NCBI RefSeq assembly: GCF_008000775.2
Contig: NZ_CP042905.2
Coordinates: forward strand, 2,730,001 to 2,762,000
Direction of reading: 5' to 3'
From: Promethearchaeum syntrophicum
GTDB lineage: Archaea; Asgardarchaeota; Lokiarchaeia; Sigyniarchaeales; Promethearchaeaceae
DNA: 32,000 bases
Below the pieces are notes generated by a model that ran no database searches, was not told the origin of the DNA, and saw nothing but the letters and a program-made list of their open reading frames with translations. A program made the translations under genes and the position numbers. Positions 20,461 through 29,745 of this stretch are shown piece by piece (position 1 is the stretch's first letter; every line of letters starts with the position of its first letter).

Positions 20461-20688
20461 ATCACAATTACTACTTAGGGATTTTATATATTTAAACCTA
20501 CTTTTAAATATGAAACTAAATGATTCCTTCTTTGAATGTCTTTTTTTACCTAGATCTAATGATTTTTTAAGAAAAAAGATTGAAACACTATCCATAATTG
20601 GTTAAAATTTTCTTAACTCCAAATTAATCCGTGGTCCATTAATAAAAAAATTAAAATCTCTGATTGATTTAGCTGAAAATTAACAAAT

Positions 20689-21927
20689 ATGCGTAGACCA
20701 ACTTCCAAACAATTGATCAAAAAATTTACCGAATACTTAACCATCGAAAAAAAGTTAAAATCCGAAACCATAAATAAGCACATCTCCATTATTTCCTTCT
20801 TTTATGAGAGTTACCTAAACCAATATGAAGAAATGCACTTATTGGACGTTGAGGGCTTTATTATTGAAGATTACTTGGGTAATTGGTATATCAGGAAAGT
20901 TAGTTCTTCCAATAAAGGCGAAATTGTGGAGATATTAGCCAGTTTTAAAAAATTTTATAAATTCTTACTGAATCAGGGATATATCATGCACGATCAATAC
21001 GAGGAAATCCTTGCAGAATGTAAAAATTCCAAAAAGTATTATAGTAGATTTACATCATATTGGAAGATTGATTTTGATCAAGAAGAAGGGGAAAACTCCT
21101 GGATGACTTGGATGATGGGAGAAGAACCCAATGAAGATTCATTTCATAATCTCTTAAGTAGTCTAATAAATTCACGCGATGTAGACACTGCACAAAAGGA
21201 CCTTCAAGAAGAGCCCATTTCTCCCCGCACTCTAAAATTTTTAGCAGATTTTAAAAAGTTTCTGAAGTATTGTACGACAAATCACGAAATTAAGGTAAGT
21301 AAACGACAGTTAACTCTTCCACGGAAACATCTATTTGCCATTAATGAACAACTCTCATCTCCAGAAGTGTTGAAACCCTACGTTTTTCAATGGGATGCCA
21401 ACCAAATACATCTCTTTTATCATATTGGTTTATCTTTAGGATGTATCCTTGTGGATGATAGTTTTTCTCTGCAAACCACTAAAAGAATAGAACAATATCT
21501 GACGCTTTCCCCACAACATCAATTAATAATCTGTTTGTATTGTTTGTGGGAGGTTATTCCTTGGGCGAATCTCTTATCCCCTACTGCAGGAGGTCGCCCC
21601 GAATGGTCTCAAGATGGTCGGATAATCTTACAAACAGCGCTTGCCGATGCCACAGTGGATCATCCCTATGATTATACTTCATATATATTACAATATTCCC
21701 CAAATCAGAACTTTGAAACAAATTTTCACTTTAGTTCACTTTATAATTGGGGTGTGGTTCCTACCAAGATTTTACCTTCACTGGAACGGATGGGGTTGTT
21801 GATGTGTACGTTTAAAAATCCAGATGAATTAAAGTATTCTTCAGTTTCCACAATAACCATATTGAAGTTCGGCAAAATGGTTTTTTCTTGTTATAAAGAA
21901 TTTATAATTGATAAGATGAAAAATTGA
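20689..21927 (+). CDS. Protein with a tyrosine-recombinase N-terminal SAM-like (core-binding) region; no recognisable catalytic domain
   Basis: KQLIKKFTEYLTIEKKLKSETINKHISIISFFYESYL...VEILASFKKFYKFLLNQGYI; second similar segment SPRTLKFLADFKKFLKYCTTNH. No R...HxxR...Y catalytic pattern seen. Confidence 0.5.
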   Translation: MRRPTSKQLIKKFTEYLTIEKKLKSETINKHISIISFFYESYLNQYEEMHLLDVEGFIIEDYLGNWYIRKVSSSNKGEIVEILASFKKFYKFLLNQGYIMHDQYEEILAECKNSKKYYSRFTSYWKIDFDQEEGENSWMTWMMGEEPNEDSFHNLLSSLINSRDVDTAQKDLQEEPISPRTLKFLADFKKFLKYCTTNHEIKVSKRQLTLPRKHLFAINEQLSSPEVLKPYVFQWDANQIHLFYHIGLSLGCILVDDSFSLQTTKRIEQYLTLSPQHQLIICLYCLWEVIPWANLLSPTAGGRPEWSQDGRIILQTALADATVDHPYDYTSYILQYSPNQNFETNFHFSSLYNWGVVPTKILPSLERMGLLMCTFKNPDELKYSSVSTITILKFGKMVFSCYKEFIIDKMKN

Positions 21928-22009
21928 AAGATCATTTGGATTCTTTTTTATTGAGATTAGGCAGAAATTTTTATTAGATTGAATTACTGAAGATTATATA
22001 AGTGATGAG

Positions 22010-22468
22010 ATGTTACTCCACAACAAAGCGCTTTCCCCGAAACAGATTTCAGAATTAAGGCAAAAAATTAGAACAATCATTAACCCTCATCAAGAAATCT
22101 TGTTGGCATATCTTTATGGTTCAGCTGTAAATGGACCTTTCACATCACACAGTGATATCGATATCGGGCTATATGTAACTCTCGACACTTTAGAAAATCA
22201 ATGGTTTCCTATTCAGTTAAAAAATGAACTGGAAAACAATCTGGATCTGGGTTTACAACCAAAACACGAAATAGATATTCGGATAATCAATCAAACCAGT
22301 CCAAAATATCAATATTCCGTGATATTTCAAAATCCACGAATATTAGTAAGAGATGAACAAGTTCGAGTTGATTTTGAAAAAAACGTTTTGTTAAAATGGT
22401 ATGATATGCGTCACACTTGGGAGAATTTTTATAACGAACGAGAAGAGTGGTTAAAATCAAATAGTTGA
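22010..22468 (+). CDS. mntA: MntA-type minimal nucleotidyltransferase (antitoxin of a HepT/MntA pair)
   Basis: LLAYLYGSAVNGPFTSHSDIDIGLYV: GSx10DxD motif; next gene is HepT-like. Confidence 0.85.
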   Translation: MLLHNKALSPKQISELRQKIRTIINPHQEILLAYLYGSAVNGPFTSHSDIDIGLYVTLDTLENQWFPIQLKNELENNLDLGLQPKHEIDIRIINQTSPKYQYSVIFQNPRILVRDEQVRVDFEKNVLLKWYDMRHTWENFYNEREEWLKSNS

Positions 22469-22474
22469 AATCCA

Positions 22475-22894
22475 ATGATTAAAAATGAAGTAAAAGAGAG
22501 AAAAATAAGTCGTCTTCAACGAAATTTAAGTTATCTAAAAACAATAGCCTCCATCTCTTTAGATAAATTTTTGGGAAACTTTGAAAAACAATTAGCATGT
22601 CGCTACACAATTCAAGAATGTGTACAGATTTGTATCGATATCGCCTTCCATTTATGCATTGTCAACAAATTCGGAGAACCAATAAATTATAAAGATTCTT
22701 TTAAAATATTAAGTCAAAATCAAATCCTATCAGACCAATTATCCATAAAGATGCAAAATTGGGTTGGGGTAAGAAATCTAGTATCTCACATCTACGAAGA
22801 GGTCGATGACTCCCGAATATATTCATTCATTGTAGATGATCTCCATGATTTTGATGAGTTTATCTCAACACTCAATCAGTTACAAAAAATATGA
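22475..22894 (+). CDS. hepT: HepT-like ribonuclease toxin (DUF86 family)
   Basis: RNLVSHIY matches the RX4HXY HepT motif; helical 139-aa protein starting 6 nt after the mntA stop. Confidence 0.85.
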   Translation: MIKNEVKERKISRLQRNLSYLKTIASISLDKFLGNFEKQLACRYTIQECVQICIDIAFHLCIVNKFGEPINYKDSFKILSQNQILSDQLSIKMQNWVGVRNLVSHIYEEVDDSRIYSFIVDDLHDFDEFISTLNQLQKI

Positions 22895-22943
22895 GTGACA
22901 ATTCTTTTAAAAAAATTATCGGATTAGATTACAATCTAAACTC

Positions 22944-23111
22944 AAATAATATCATTCAACTTTGATTGGTTATAGTCATGGCGGAAAAAAATTATGACTA
23001 CATTTTGTATCACCTGCATGATGAAATCGGAGTTATTACGCTCAATCGGCCCGAAAAGCATAACGCACTCCAATATCCCATGATTATGGAGATAATCGAT
23101 GTTTTTGAATC
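22944..23111 (+). repeat. Proximal copy of a ~167-bp direct repeat covering the 5' leader and start of an enoyl-CoA hydratase gene
   Basis: aaataatatcattcaactttgattggttatagtcatggcggaaaaaaattatgac...gataatcgatgtttttgaatc aligns with 27260-27426. Confidence 0.9.
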
Positions 23112-23154
23112 AATAAATGGATTGATAAATATCTTTCCTATAATTTACCAATAA
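22978..23154 (+). pseudogene. 5' fragment of an enoyl-CoA hydratase/isomerase gene (intact N-terminus only)
   Basis: MAEKNYDYILYHLHDEIGVITLNRPEKHNALQYPMIMEIIDVFESI, then unrelated sequence and a stop; the same residues precede the body of the 27395-28078 ORF. Confidence 0.85.
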
Positions 23155-23365
23155 CCGCCTTTTCCATTCCCTTCGTTCTTTCTCGGCTTTTTTGACCCAA
23201 TTTCTTAAACCAAACGGTAAATCGAAAGAATGAATATTTTCTCAAACAAATTTTCTAATCATTCTCCACAAATTCCTTACCAAAAGCAAGGGGTCAAGCC
23301 AAACCTACGCTAGAAAAATCCCCCATAGATTTAAATTAGATACCTCGGTAGATAATTTAATTAAA

Positions 23366-24139
23366 ATGACAGAAATTCATGTTGACAAAAGTGAAAATCG
23401 CCCCGATCAAGAACTGAATTTCCCAAATCTTCATAAAAGTCAAAAAGTAACGGGAATTATTGGAGTGCTGATCTGGATTTTCTTTGTCGTTGGGTATTTC
23501 TTTCTTTATAACTTTTTTGTGAATTTGAATTACGCCTCCAACTCGGTTTCCCCCTATTCCCTTTTTGCTGTTTATCTACTCATTCTGGGAGGATATATTT
23601 TCGTATCCATAGTATCCCCACTTAATTTTACTTGGAAAGATTTAAAACTTAAAAAACCTGCAGAAGGTTCTGCATTTTTATTCCTATATATCGGTTTCTT
23701 TGTGATAGCCCTGTATCTTGCTTCCTATTTCTTAATTTGGCGTTTTAATCAGGGAGTTACAGGTTATTCCTCGGGTTCATTCGTATTACTGCCAAATCCC
23801 CTATTTCTCATTTGGTTTCTGCTGTTTTCCCCAGTCTTAGAAGAGCTCTTTTTCCGTCAAATTATTATAGAATTTGGAAGTCGTTTTGCTAGTAAAAAAT
23901 CGGTATACATTTTTTCTGGCATTGTATACTATTTAATGTATTTCTCCATGCAATGGATGATGCGGGGTCCTCTTGGTCCGGATGGTATGGATGCAACTCT
24001 TATTAGCGTACTGTTTTCAATCTCACTATCAATGATTCGTGAAATGGATGACTCTATCTTTCCCTGTATCCTCACTCATTTCTTGTACAATTTGTGCTTA
24101 GTCGTATTCCCAATCAGCATTAATTACATAATACAGTAA
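23366..24139 (+). CDS. CPBP-family (CAAX-protease-like) intramembrane metalloprotease
   Basis: FSPVLEELFFRQIIIEFG (EExxxR) plus SMIREMDDSIFPCILTHFLYN; multiple TM helices. Confidence 0.8.
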   Translation: MTEIHVDKSENRPDQELNFPNLHKSQKVTGIIGVLIWIFFVVGYFFLYNFFVNLNYASNSVSPYSLFAVYLLILGGYIFVSIVSPLNFTWKDLKLKKPAEGSAFLFLYIGFFVIALYLASYFLIWRFNQGVTGYSSGSFVLLPNPLFLIWFLLFSPVLEELFFRQIIIEFGSRFASKKSVYIFSGIVYYLMYFSMQWMMRGPLGPDGMDATLISVLFSISLSMIREMDDSIFPCILTHFLYNLCLVVFPISINYIIQ

Positions 24140-24243
24140 ATGCTGTAATCTCACATTTTCTTAATTTCTTAGATTAGGTTACCTCCGAACTCTAGGATTC
24201 TTTAAAAAATATCGAAAAAAATAAAAAAAAATCATTTTGAAAC

Positions 24244-27051
24244 CTATGTTCGTTTTGATTTCTTTATGATATAGGTAATTGCAGCTAAAGAGAGAAAACT
24301 TATTGCCCAAATTTGAAAACCTGCAATAAAATCTCCACCTTCATTAGGATCATCAGTTGGATCATCAGTTGGATCATCAGTGGGATCATCGGTGGGATCA
24401 TCGGTGGGATCATCTGTAGGAGTAGTGGGCTCTACAGTTATAACCTTGCTATACACAGATGAATCTCCATCTACATCACTAACAGTTAATACTGCAGTAT
24501 ATGAACCGGGAACATCATAAATATGAGAAATTCCAGTTGAACCGGTCATATTTGCAGATCCATCCCCAAAATTCCATTGATATGAAAACGGTCCATCACC
24601 CCATATAGTTTTGTCCGTAAAGCTTACTGCTTCATCTTCTTCAATTGTAGATTTATCAACTTCAAAATAACAAATAGGAGAAGTATCATCCAATACCCAT
24701 CGATCATTATCAATGTCATCTCGATATTTTGCAACTTCTACTTCTCCACTCAAAGGCGTTAAATCGATATTAATATTTGGCCAAGTTCCAAAGTCAAACT
24801 CTATATCATCAAAAAACCAAGATATGATTCCAGCAAATTGAATGGAAGCACCCCAATTTATTTTAAAATTTAATCCATAAACAAAATTTAATAATTCCAA
24901 TAATAAAAATTGCTCATCAATTACTTCAGGTACGGTAAATTCAAATTGTATATCCATTGATGTTTGTTCCATATGAATACTTTGTATATTTGAACCAAAA
25001 TATAAATCTGATTCAATATAGCCAGTCAAAACAGGATTTATTATGAACACCACATCTTCAAAGAATAGATCTACTAGGAATGCATATTGTGGTAAATAAT
25101 GTTTTAAAATTTCATCAACATGAACCCCGATTGTGCAATTTAGAATTGTATCAATTATCTGTGGAGTGAATTCCAGATCAACTGAAAGCATTCCATCTAA
25201 GAATTCCATAGAATTTTCATAAGTATCATCCATTCCTATCTCTTCCAATAACATTTGAATAATAGGATTTGAGAAATCAATTGTTAATGAATTGGTAAAA
25301 ACTGCGTTAAAGGATTTTGTGAAGAAAAACATATCGACATCTACGCTAATGTTGAAAAAGTAATCAATAACTAATACTGCTTCATCAGTTTTTATATTGG
25401 TATTTAACGATCCTGTTATATCTTCTCCAGATATTAATTCATTCGGTGTTTCTAAACTAGTTTCTATTGGAACATATAAAGTCACATTAACACTTCTATC
25501 AACATTAAGCACTGCACCTTCAGTTTCTGTTTCTCCTTGAAAAGAAGCAGCTTGTTGCATTAGTTGATCAAAATTTGAATGGATATATGGAATCTCGAAT
25601 ACCTGTAAAACATCATAAGCAAAAGGTGCATAATCAGGGACTGTATATCCATTTATATCATGAACACCTAGTGTAAAAGCATTATTAATAATCTCATAAC
25701 ATAATTGAATTATATCATCGGTGTAAGGATCAATGTAATATTGCCCTAATAGATCGCCTCCAGTATTTCCTACCGCAAATTGATGATTGTAGGTTTCAAC
25801 TGTAAGTATCATTGAAACTACCCCCCCATAGCATGCACATAAATCATCATTATGCAAACTTAAATCTTGATATTGGTAAGATGCAGTATATTTTTCCCCC
25901 AAAAGTGGCCTAAGTTCTTCTGAATTATTTACTTCTTTAGTTAAAATTCCTGTTTCACTTACACCCCATTCATATATAGAATATTCCATTGAATCACGCC
26001 ATTCAGTATCAGATTGAGTATATTCATCATGATTATCGAACACAAAGCGATATGCCCATAAATCTCCAGTATATGAGAAATTCAAATATATTTGAACAAG
26101 TTCAAAATCATCATAATGGATAAATTGATCACCCCAAAATCCATCAGTCCAGACTTCATTCCAATAATATAAATATTGAATACATAGTGAACCCATCCCG
26201 ATTTCCTTATCATATCCATGAATGACTCGACCAAATAATCCATTTGGGTCTGATGTATGATCCGTATCATCATTATCGATTAAAAATGGTTGGTATAATT
26301 CTGCTATATCTTGGGCAGTAAATACATCATTTGTATCAAGAATTTCAATGTTAAATGCAAGAACAGCATCACCCAACTCTTGTGTGTCTTCCTTATAAGT
26401 CCATATTTCATGATAACCTTCTATTGCATGTGGATCTTCATACCACCAGCCAATAGTCCCTAAACTATCATCTGCAAGAGCATCCCATTCAAAAACATTG
26501 AGATACATACAAGATAAAACAGTCCAATCATTAAATAATTCTATTGGTGTGGAAAAATTATACCATGATTCGTCCCCATCTTCAATTTGATATTCGGCTG
26601 TATCCAAATATCGTCCTTGATAATTTAACCATCCATTATATTCAGGTTCTCCAATCCAATAATTTGGAACATATCGAACAAAAATATCACCAGGACTGAG
26701 AGAATCATGATCATCAAATACATACATTGCTGTCAGCTCAATCTTAAGATTTATCCATTCTAATCCAGGAATTAACTCAGAAGGAATAATATCATCTCCC
26801 GTATAAACAGTATCTTCAGGATTCGCATAATGTGTTATATTTCCAACAATATCATCAACATTTGGTGGTGTTGGTTTTACTTCAGTAGCAGGTTGATTAT
26901 CCCATTCATACCTAAAAACTAAATCTGATTCATTTTCAACTACCGTAGAATCTTCAGATGCAGGTTGAACAGCGATAACATTAGAAATATTAATTCCAGC
27001 TCCAATTAATATTCCAATTGAAATTAGAATACCTAAAAATTTCTTCTTCAT
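24244..27051 (-). CDS. Large secreted surface protein with PKD domain, (DDPT)n linker and C-terminal TM anchor
   Basis: Signal peptide MKKKFLGILISIGILIGAGINISNVIA; PKD YQWNFGDGSANMTGSTGISHIYDVPGSYTAVLTVSD; DDPTDDPTDDPT...; FIAGFQIWAISFLSLAAITYIIKKSKRT. Confidence 0.9.
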   Translation of the reverse strand: MKKKFLGILISIGILIGAGINISNVIAVQPASEDSTVVENESDLVFRYEWDNQPATEVKPTPPNVDDIVGNITHYANPEDTVYTGDDIIPSELIPGLEWINLKIELTAMYVFDDHDSLSPGDIFVRYVPNYWIGEPEYNGWLNYQGRYLDTAEYQIEDGDESWYNFSTPIELFNDWTVLSCMYLNVFEWDALADDSLGTIGWWYEDPHAIEGYHEIWTYKEDTQELGDAVLAFNIEILDTNDVFTAQDIAELYQPFLIDNDDTDHTSDPNGLFGRVIHGYDKEIGMGSLCIQYLYYWNEVWTDGFWGDQFIHYDDFELVQIYLNFSYTGDLWAYRFVFDNHDEYTQSDTEWRDSMEYSIYEWGVSETGILTKEVNNSEELRPLLGEKYTASYQYQDLSLHNDDLCACYGGVVSMILTVETYNHQFAVGNTGGDLLGQYYIDPYTDDIIQLCYEIINNAFTLGVHDINGYTVPDYAPFAYDVLQVFEIPYIHSNFDQLMQQAASFQGETETEGAVLNVDRSVNVTLYVPIETSLETPNELISGEDITGSLNTNIKTDEAVLVIDYFFNISVDVDMFFFTKSFNAVFTNSLTIDFSNPIIQMLLEEIGMDDTYENSMEFLDGMLSVDLEFTPQIIDTILNCTIGVHVDEILKHYLPQYAFLVDLFFEDVVFIINPVLTGYIESDLYFGSNIQSIHMEQTSMDIQFEFTVPEVIDEQFLLLELLNFVYGLNFKINWGASIQFAGIISWFFDDIEFDFGTWPNINIDLTPLSGEVEVAKYRDDIDNDRWVLDDTSPICYFEVDKSTIEEDEAVSFTDKTIWGDGPFSYQWNFGDGSANMTGSTGISHIYDVPGSYTAVLTVSDVDGDSSVYSKVITVEPTTPTDDPTDDPTDDPTDDPTDDPTDDPNEGGDFIAGFQIWAISFLSLAAITYIIKKSKRT
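24347..24418 (-). repeat. 12-nt tandem repeat encoding the DDPT linker
   Basis: Consecutive ggatcatc(a/g)gt(t/g) units inside the PKD protein gene. Confidence 0.85.
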
Positions 27052-27259
27052 AAAATAATTCGCCTTTTTTGTGTTTTGTTACTTGTTTTTGGTTAGAAAA
27101 CACTTAAATAGGTTTTTTCTGATTTAAAAGGTTTTCTTCTAATTCATTTTAGTTATTTAAAGAAAGTTGAAAGATACTGTAGAAAATATATCATGGAATG
27201 GCATTTTTCGTGCGTAATCTTTAGATAATATAAATTTCATCGGCATGTTTCAAAATCCG

Positions 27260-27426
27260 AAATAATATCAATCAACTTTGATTGGTTATGCTCATAGCAG
27301 AAAAAATTATGGCTACATTTTGTAACACCTGCATGATGGAATCGGAGTTCTTACGCTCAATCGACCCGAAAAGCATAACGCACTCCAATATCCCATGATT
27401 ATGGAGATAATTGATGTGTTTGAATC
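27260..27426 (+). repeat. Distal copy of the ~167-bp direct repeat
   Basis: aaataatatcaatcaactttgattggttatgctcatagcagaaaaaattatggc...gataattgatgtgtttgaatc; one A shorter than the proximal copy. Confidence 0.9.
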
Positions 27427-28078
27427 TATATTTAAGAAGAAATCAATTCGAGCGATTATTATTAAAGGAAATGGTCCGAGTTTCAGTGCAGGAGATGATT
27501 TAAAAAGTATAGGAAAGGAAGCATTTCGATTTAAACCTTTGAAAGATGGTTCTATATTTCCACACCACCGATTAATTCGACTAATAGGCGATATTCAAAA
27601 ACCCGTTTTTGCATTTTTACATGGTTTTTGCCTTGGTGCCGGATTTGCATTAGCTCTTGCATGTGATTTTAGATTAGCAACCGATAATCTTGAAATGGGC
27701 GATCATCGAATAACACGGGGGATTGCTATGATGAGTGGTACAAGTTGGTTTCTTCCTCGACTAATTGGATTTGGGAAAGCTACGAATTTAATTATGACTG
27801 GACGTCATCTGGATGCTCATGAAGCTTTAAAATATGGAATAATTAATGAAATTTATTCTACTGAGAATTTTAAAGCACAAGCAATGGAGTATGTTCAAAA
27901 AATTGCTTCTTTACCGACCAAAACTTTGAGGTATGATAAGACAATGTTAAATTCCTCACTTTTAAACGACTTAGTCCCTTCCATGCGGCATGAATTTAAC
28001 CTTCACGTGAAAAATATGAGAACTCAGGATTATAGCGAGGATATTGCTTCATTTAGAGAAAAAAAAGCCCAATTTTAA
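27395..28078 (+). CDS. Enoyl-CoA hydratase/isomerase family protein, N-terminally truncated or damaged
   Basis: PSFSAGDDL, KPVFAFLHGFCLGAGFALALACDFRLA, ITRGIAMMSGTSWFLPRLIG, GRHLDAHEALKYGIINEI. The 5' coding part upstream of 27395 carries a lost ATG, a 1-nt deletion and a TAA. Confidence 0.85.
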   Translation: MIMEIIDVFESIFKKKSIRAIIIKGNGPSFSAGDDLKSIGKEAFRFKPLKDGSIFPHHRLIRLIGDIQKPVFAFLHGFCLGAGFALALACDFRLATDNLEMGDHRITRGIAMMSGTSWFLPRLIGFGKATNLIMTGRHLDAHEALKYGIINEIYSTENFKAQAMEYVQKIASLPTKTLRYDKTMLNSSLLNDLVPSMRHEFNLHVKNMRTQDYSEDIASFREKKAQF

Positions 28079-28151
28079 AGGAAAATAATTAGCTAATTCC
28101 TCAACTAAGGAAAGAACACCTTCAGGAGCTAAAACCAAAAGAAAATTATTG

Positions 28152-29096
28152 TTACGTTTTGCGTTTCCCTTTGTAATGTTCGTAGATAGATTCTGAATCT
28201 ATTAGAGAATTAAATCCATCTATAGAAAGTTTATTGATTAATGTATCGAGATGAGCTATTGTAGGAAATTTTTCATTATTATCTAATTTCTGCCATCTAT
28301 CATATGTTTTAATTAATATATCTATGAAATATGCACAAAAAACGCCCCTTTCTGAATCAGATTTTCTGTCTAATGTGTTTTTTGATACTTGAAAACTTAG
28401 ATATCCCCTATAATCAATTGAAAATTCGAAAGTAATTTCATTAATTTCAGTTTCAAAAGTAATCTTTGAGGGCATATATTTTTTTATTTGAGAAATTCGA
28501 ATAGGTATCGTATCTCCTGCATTTTTATCGCTTGTTATTTTCAAAGAACTCCCACATTTTTTTTCTATATCTTTTTCCATTCTTATTTCGCAAATATTCT
28601 TAATCTCATATTTATTAAATATTTTTTCTTGATTCTGACTCTTAAATAAAAGCCAATTTAAGAAATTTTTATCAAAGTGAAAAGGTTTTATGAAGGGATT
28701 ATTATCTTTACCAAGTATATCTTCAAATTCTCCAATTAATTCTCTCATAAAATTACGAGAACTCTTAAAAAAAATAATATTTGGAGATACCATAAATAGA
28801 AACTGTGATGTATTTTCTTTTTTTTTTGATTCAAGATTAATACAATTAATTTTATATAATTCGATTTTGTCAAAAAAATCAATTAATGTAGGCCTTTCAT
28901 TAATCATATAATCTGTAGATTTAAGGTTAACTAACTCTAGATATAATCTATTTGGGTTTTCATCTTTCCAATTTTTGCTTGTAAGTATCCCTTTCATTAA
29001 TTTTACAAGAGGATCTAAAATTGGTTTTTGATATAAGGATGCAATGGTAAATTTACCAAAATCAATTTCTTTTTTTAAATCTGCCATAGTTACCAA
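28152..29096 (-). CDS. Hypothetical protein, no family recognised
   Basis: 314-aa ORF on the minus strand, upstream of and divergent from the 29746 ORF. Confidence 0.7.
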   Translation of the reverse strand: MVTMADLKKEIDFGKFTIASLYQKPILDPLVKLMKGILTSKNWKDENPNRLYLELVNLKSTDYMINERPTLIDFFDKIELYKINCINLESKKKENTSQFLFMVSPNIIFFKSSRNFMRELIGEFEDILGKDNNPFIKPFHFDKNFLNWLLFKSQNQEKIFNKYEIKNICEIRMEKDIEKKCGSSLKITSDKNAGDTIPIRISQIKKYMPSKITFETEINEITFEFSIDYRGYLSFQVSKNTLDRKSDSERGVFCAYFIDILIKTYDRWQKLDNNEKFPTIAHLDTLINKLSIDGFNSLIDSESIYEHYKGKRKT

Positions 29097-29745
29097 CTCC
29101 CACCTCAGACCAATTTAAAATGATAAAATCCTATTCATATATAAGATTGTTTATTTCTATCGAGTCTTTATTATCTTGTCTTAATTTCATCTCATTAATA
29201 TTAATTGATCGAAGGAATACAAATTAATTCTAAAGGAACTATTTAAAGATCAATAATTCAGTAACATTCTTTTCTGAGTTGTTAAAAAAACTCAATCTTT
29301 TCACATAAGGGAAAAATTCTAAGATAAAAAGAAAATAAATGTTAATTTCTATAACTCTGATATTTTTTTGGTTAACCAAAATCTTTTAATATAAAATTCC
29401 TGCAATTTTTTAGAACAGAGAAAATTGATTCGTAATCACGGATTCTGGAACCCAAATTGTTTCAGTTTCTTTTGATTTTTATTTTTTAATTTCGCCATTT
29501 GGCTTTATTATTTTAGTTTCATTTAAAATGACTCAAGGATCTTTTAATGATTTTCAGTAGCCATTATTTGAAAATGAGATATAATTGGATTAGATATTAT
29601 TTAATTAGAGGATATTCTTTTGATTTAGTATCAATAAGAAAACTAATTTATTTCTTTTCAGAACATAAATGTATTTAAATTCCCATTCATAAAGAATTAA
29701 TGATGTTTTTTGATTAAAATTCAATAAGAAAAAAAGTATTCTAAT

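Noticed and set aside
22010-22894. Considered the MntA/HepT pair as a novel system
   Set aside because: GSx10DxD and RX4HXY motifs and gene order match the known HepT/MntA toxin-antitoxin module.
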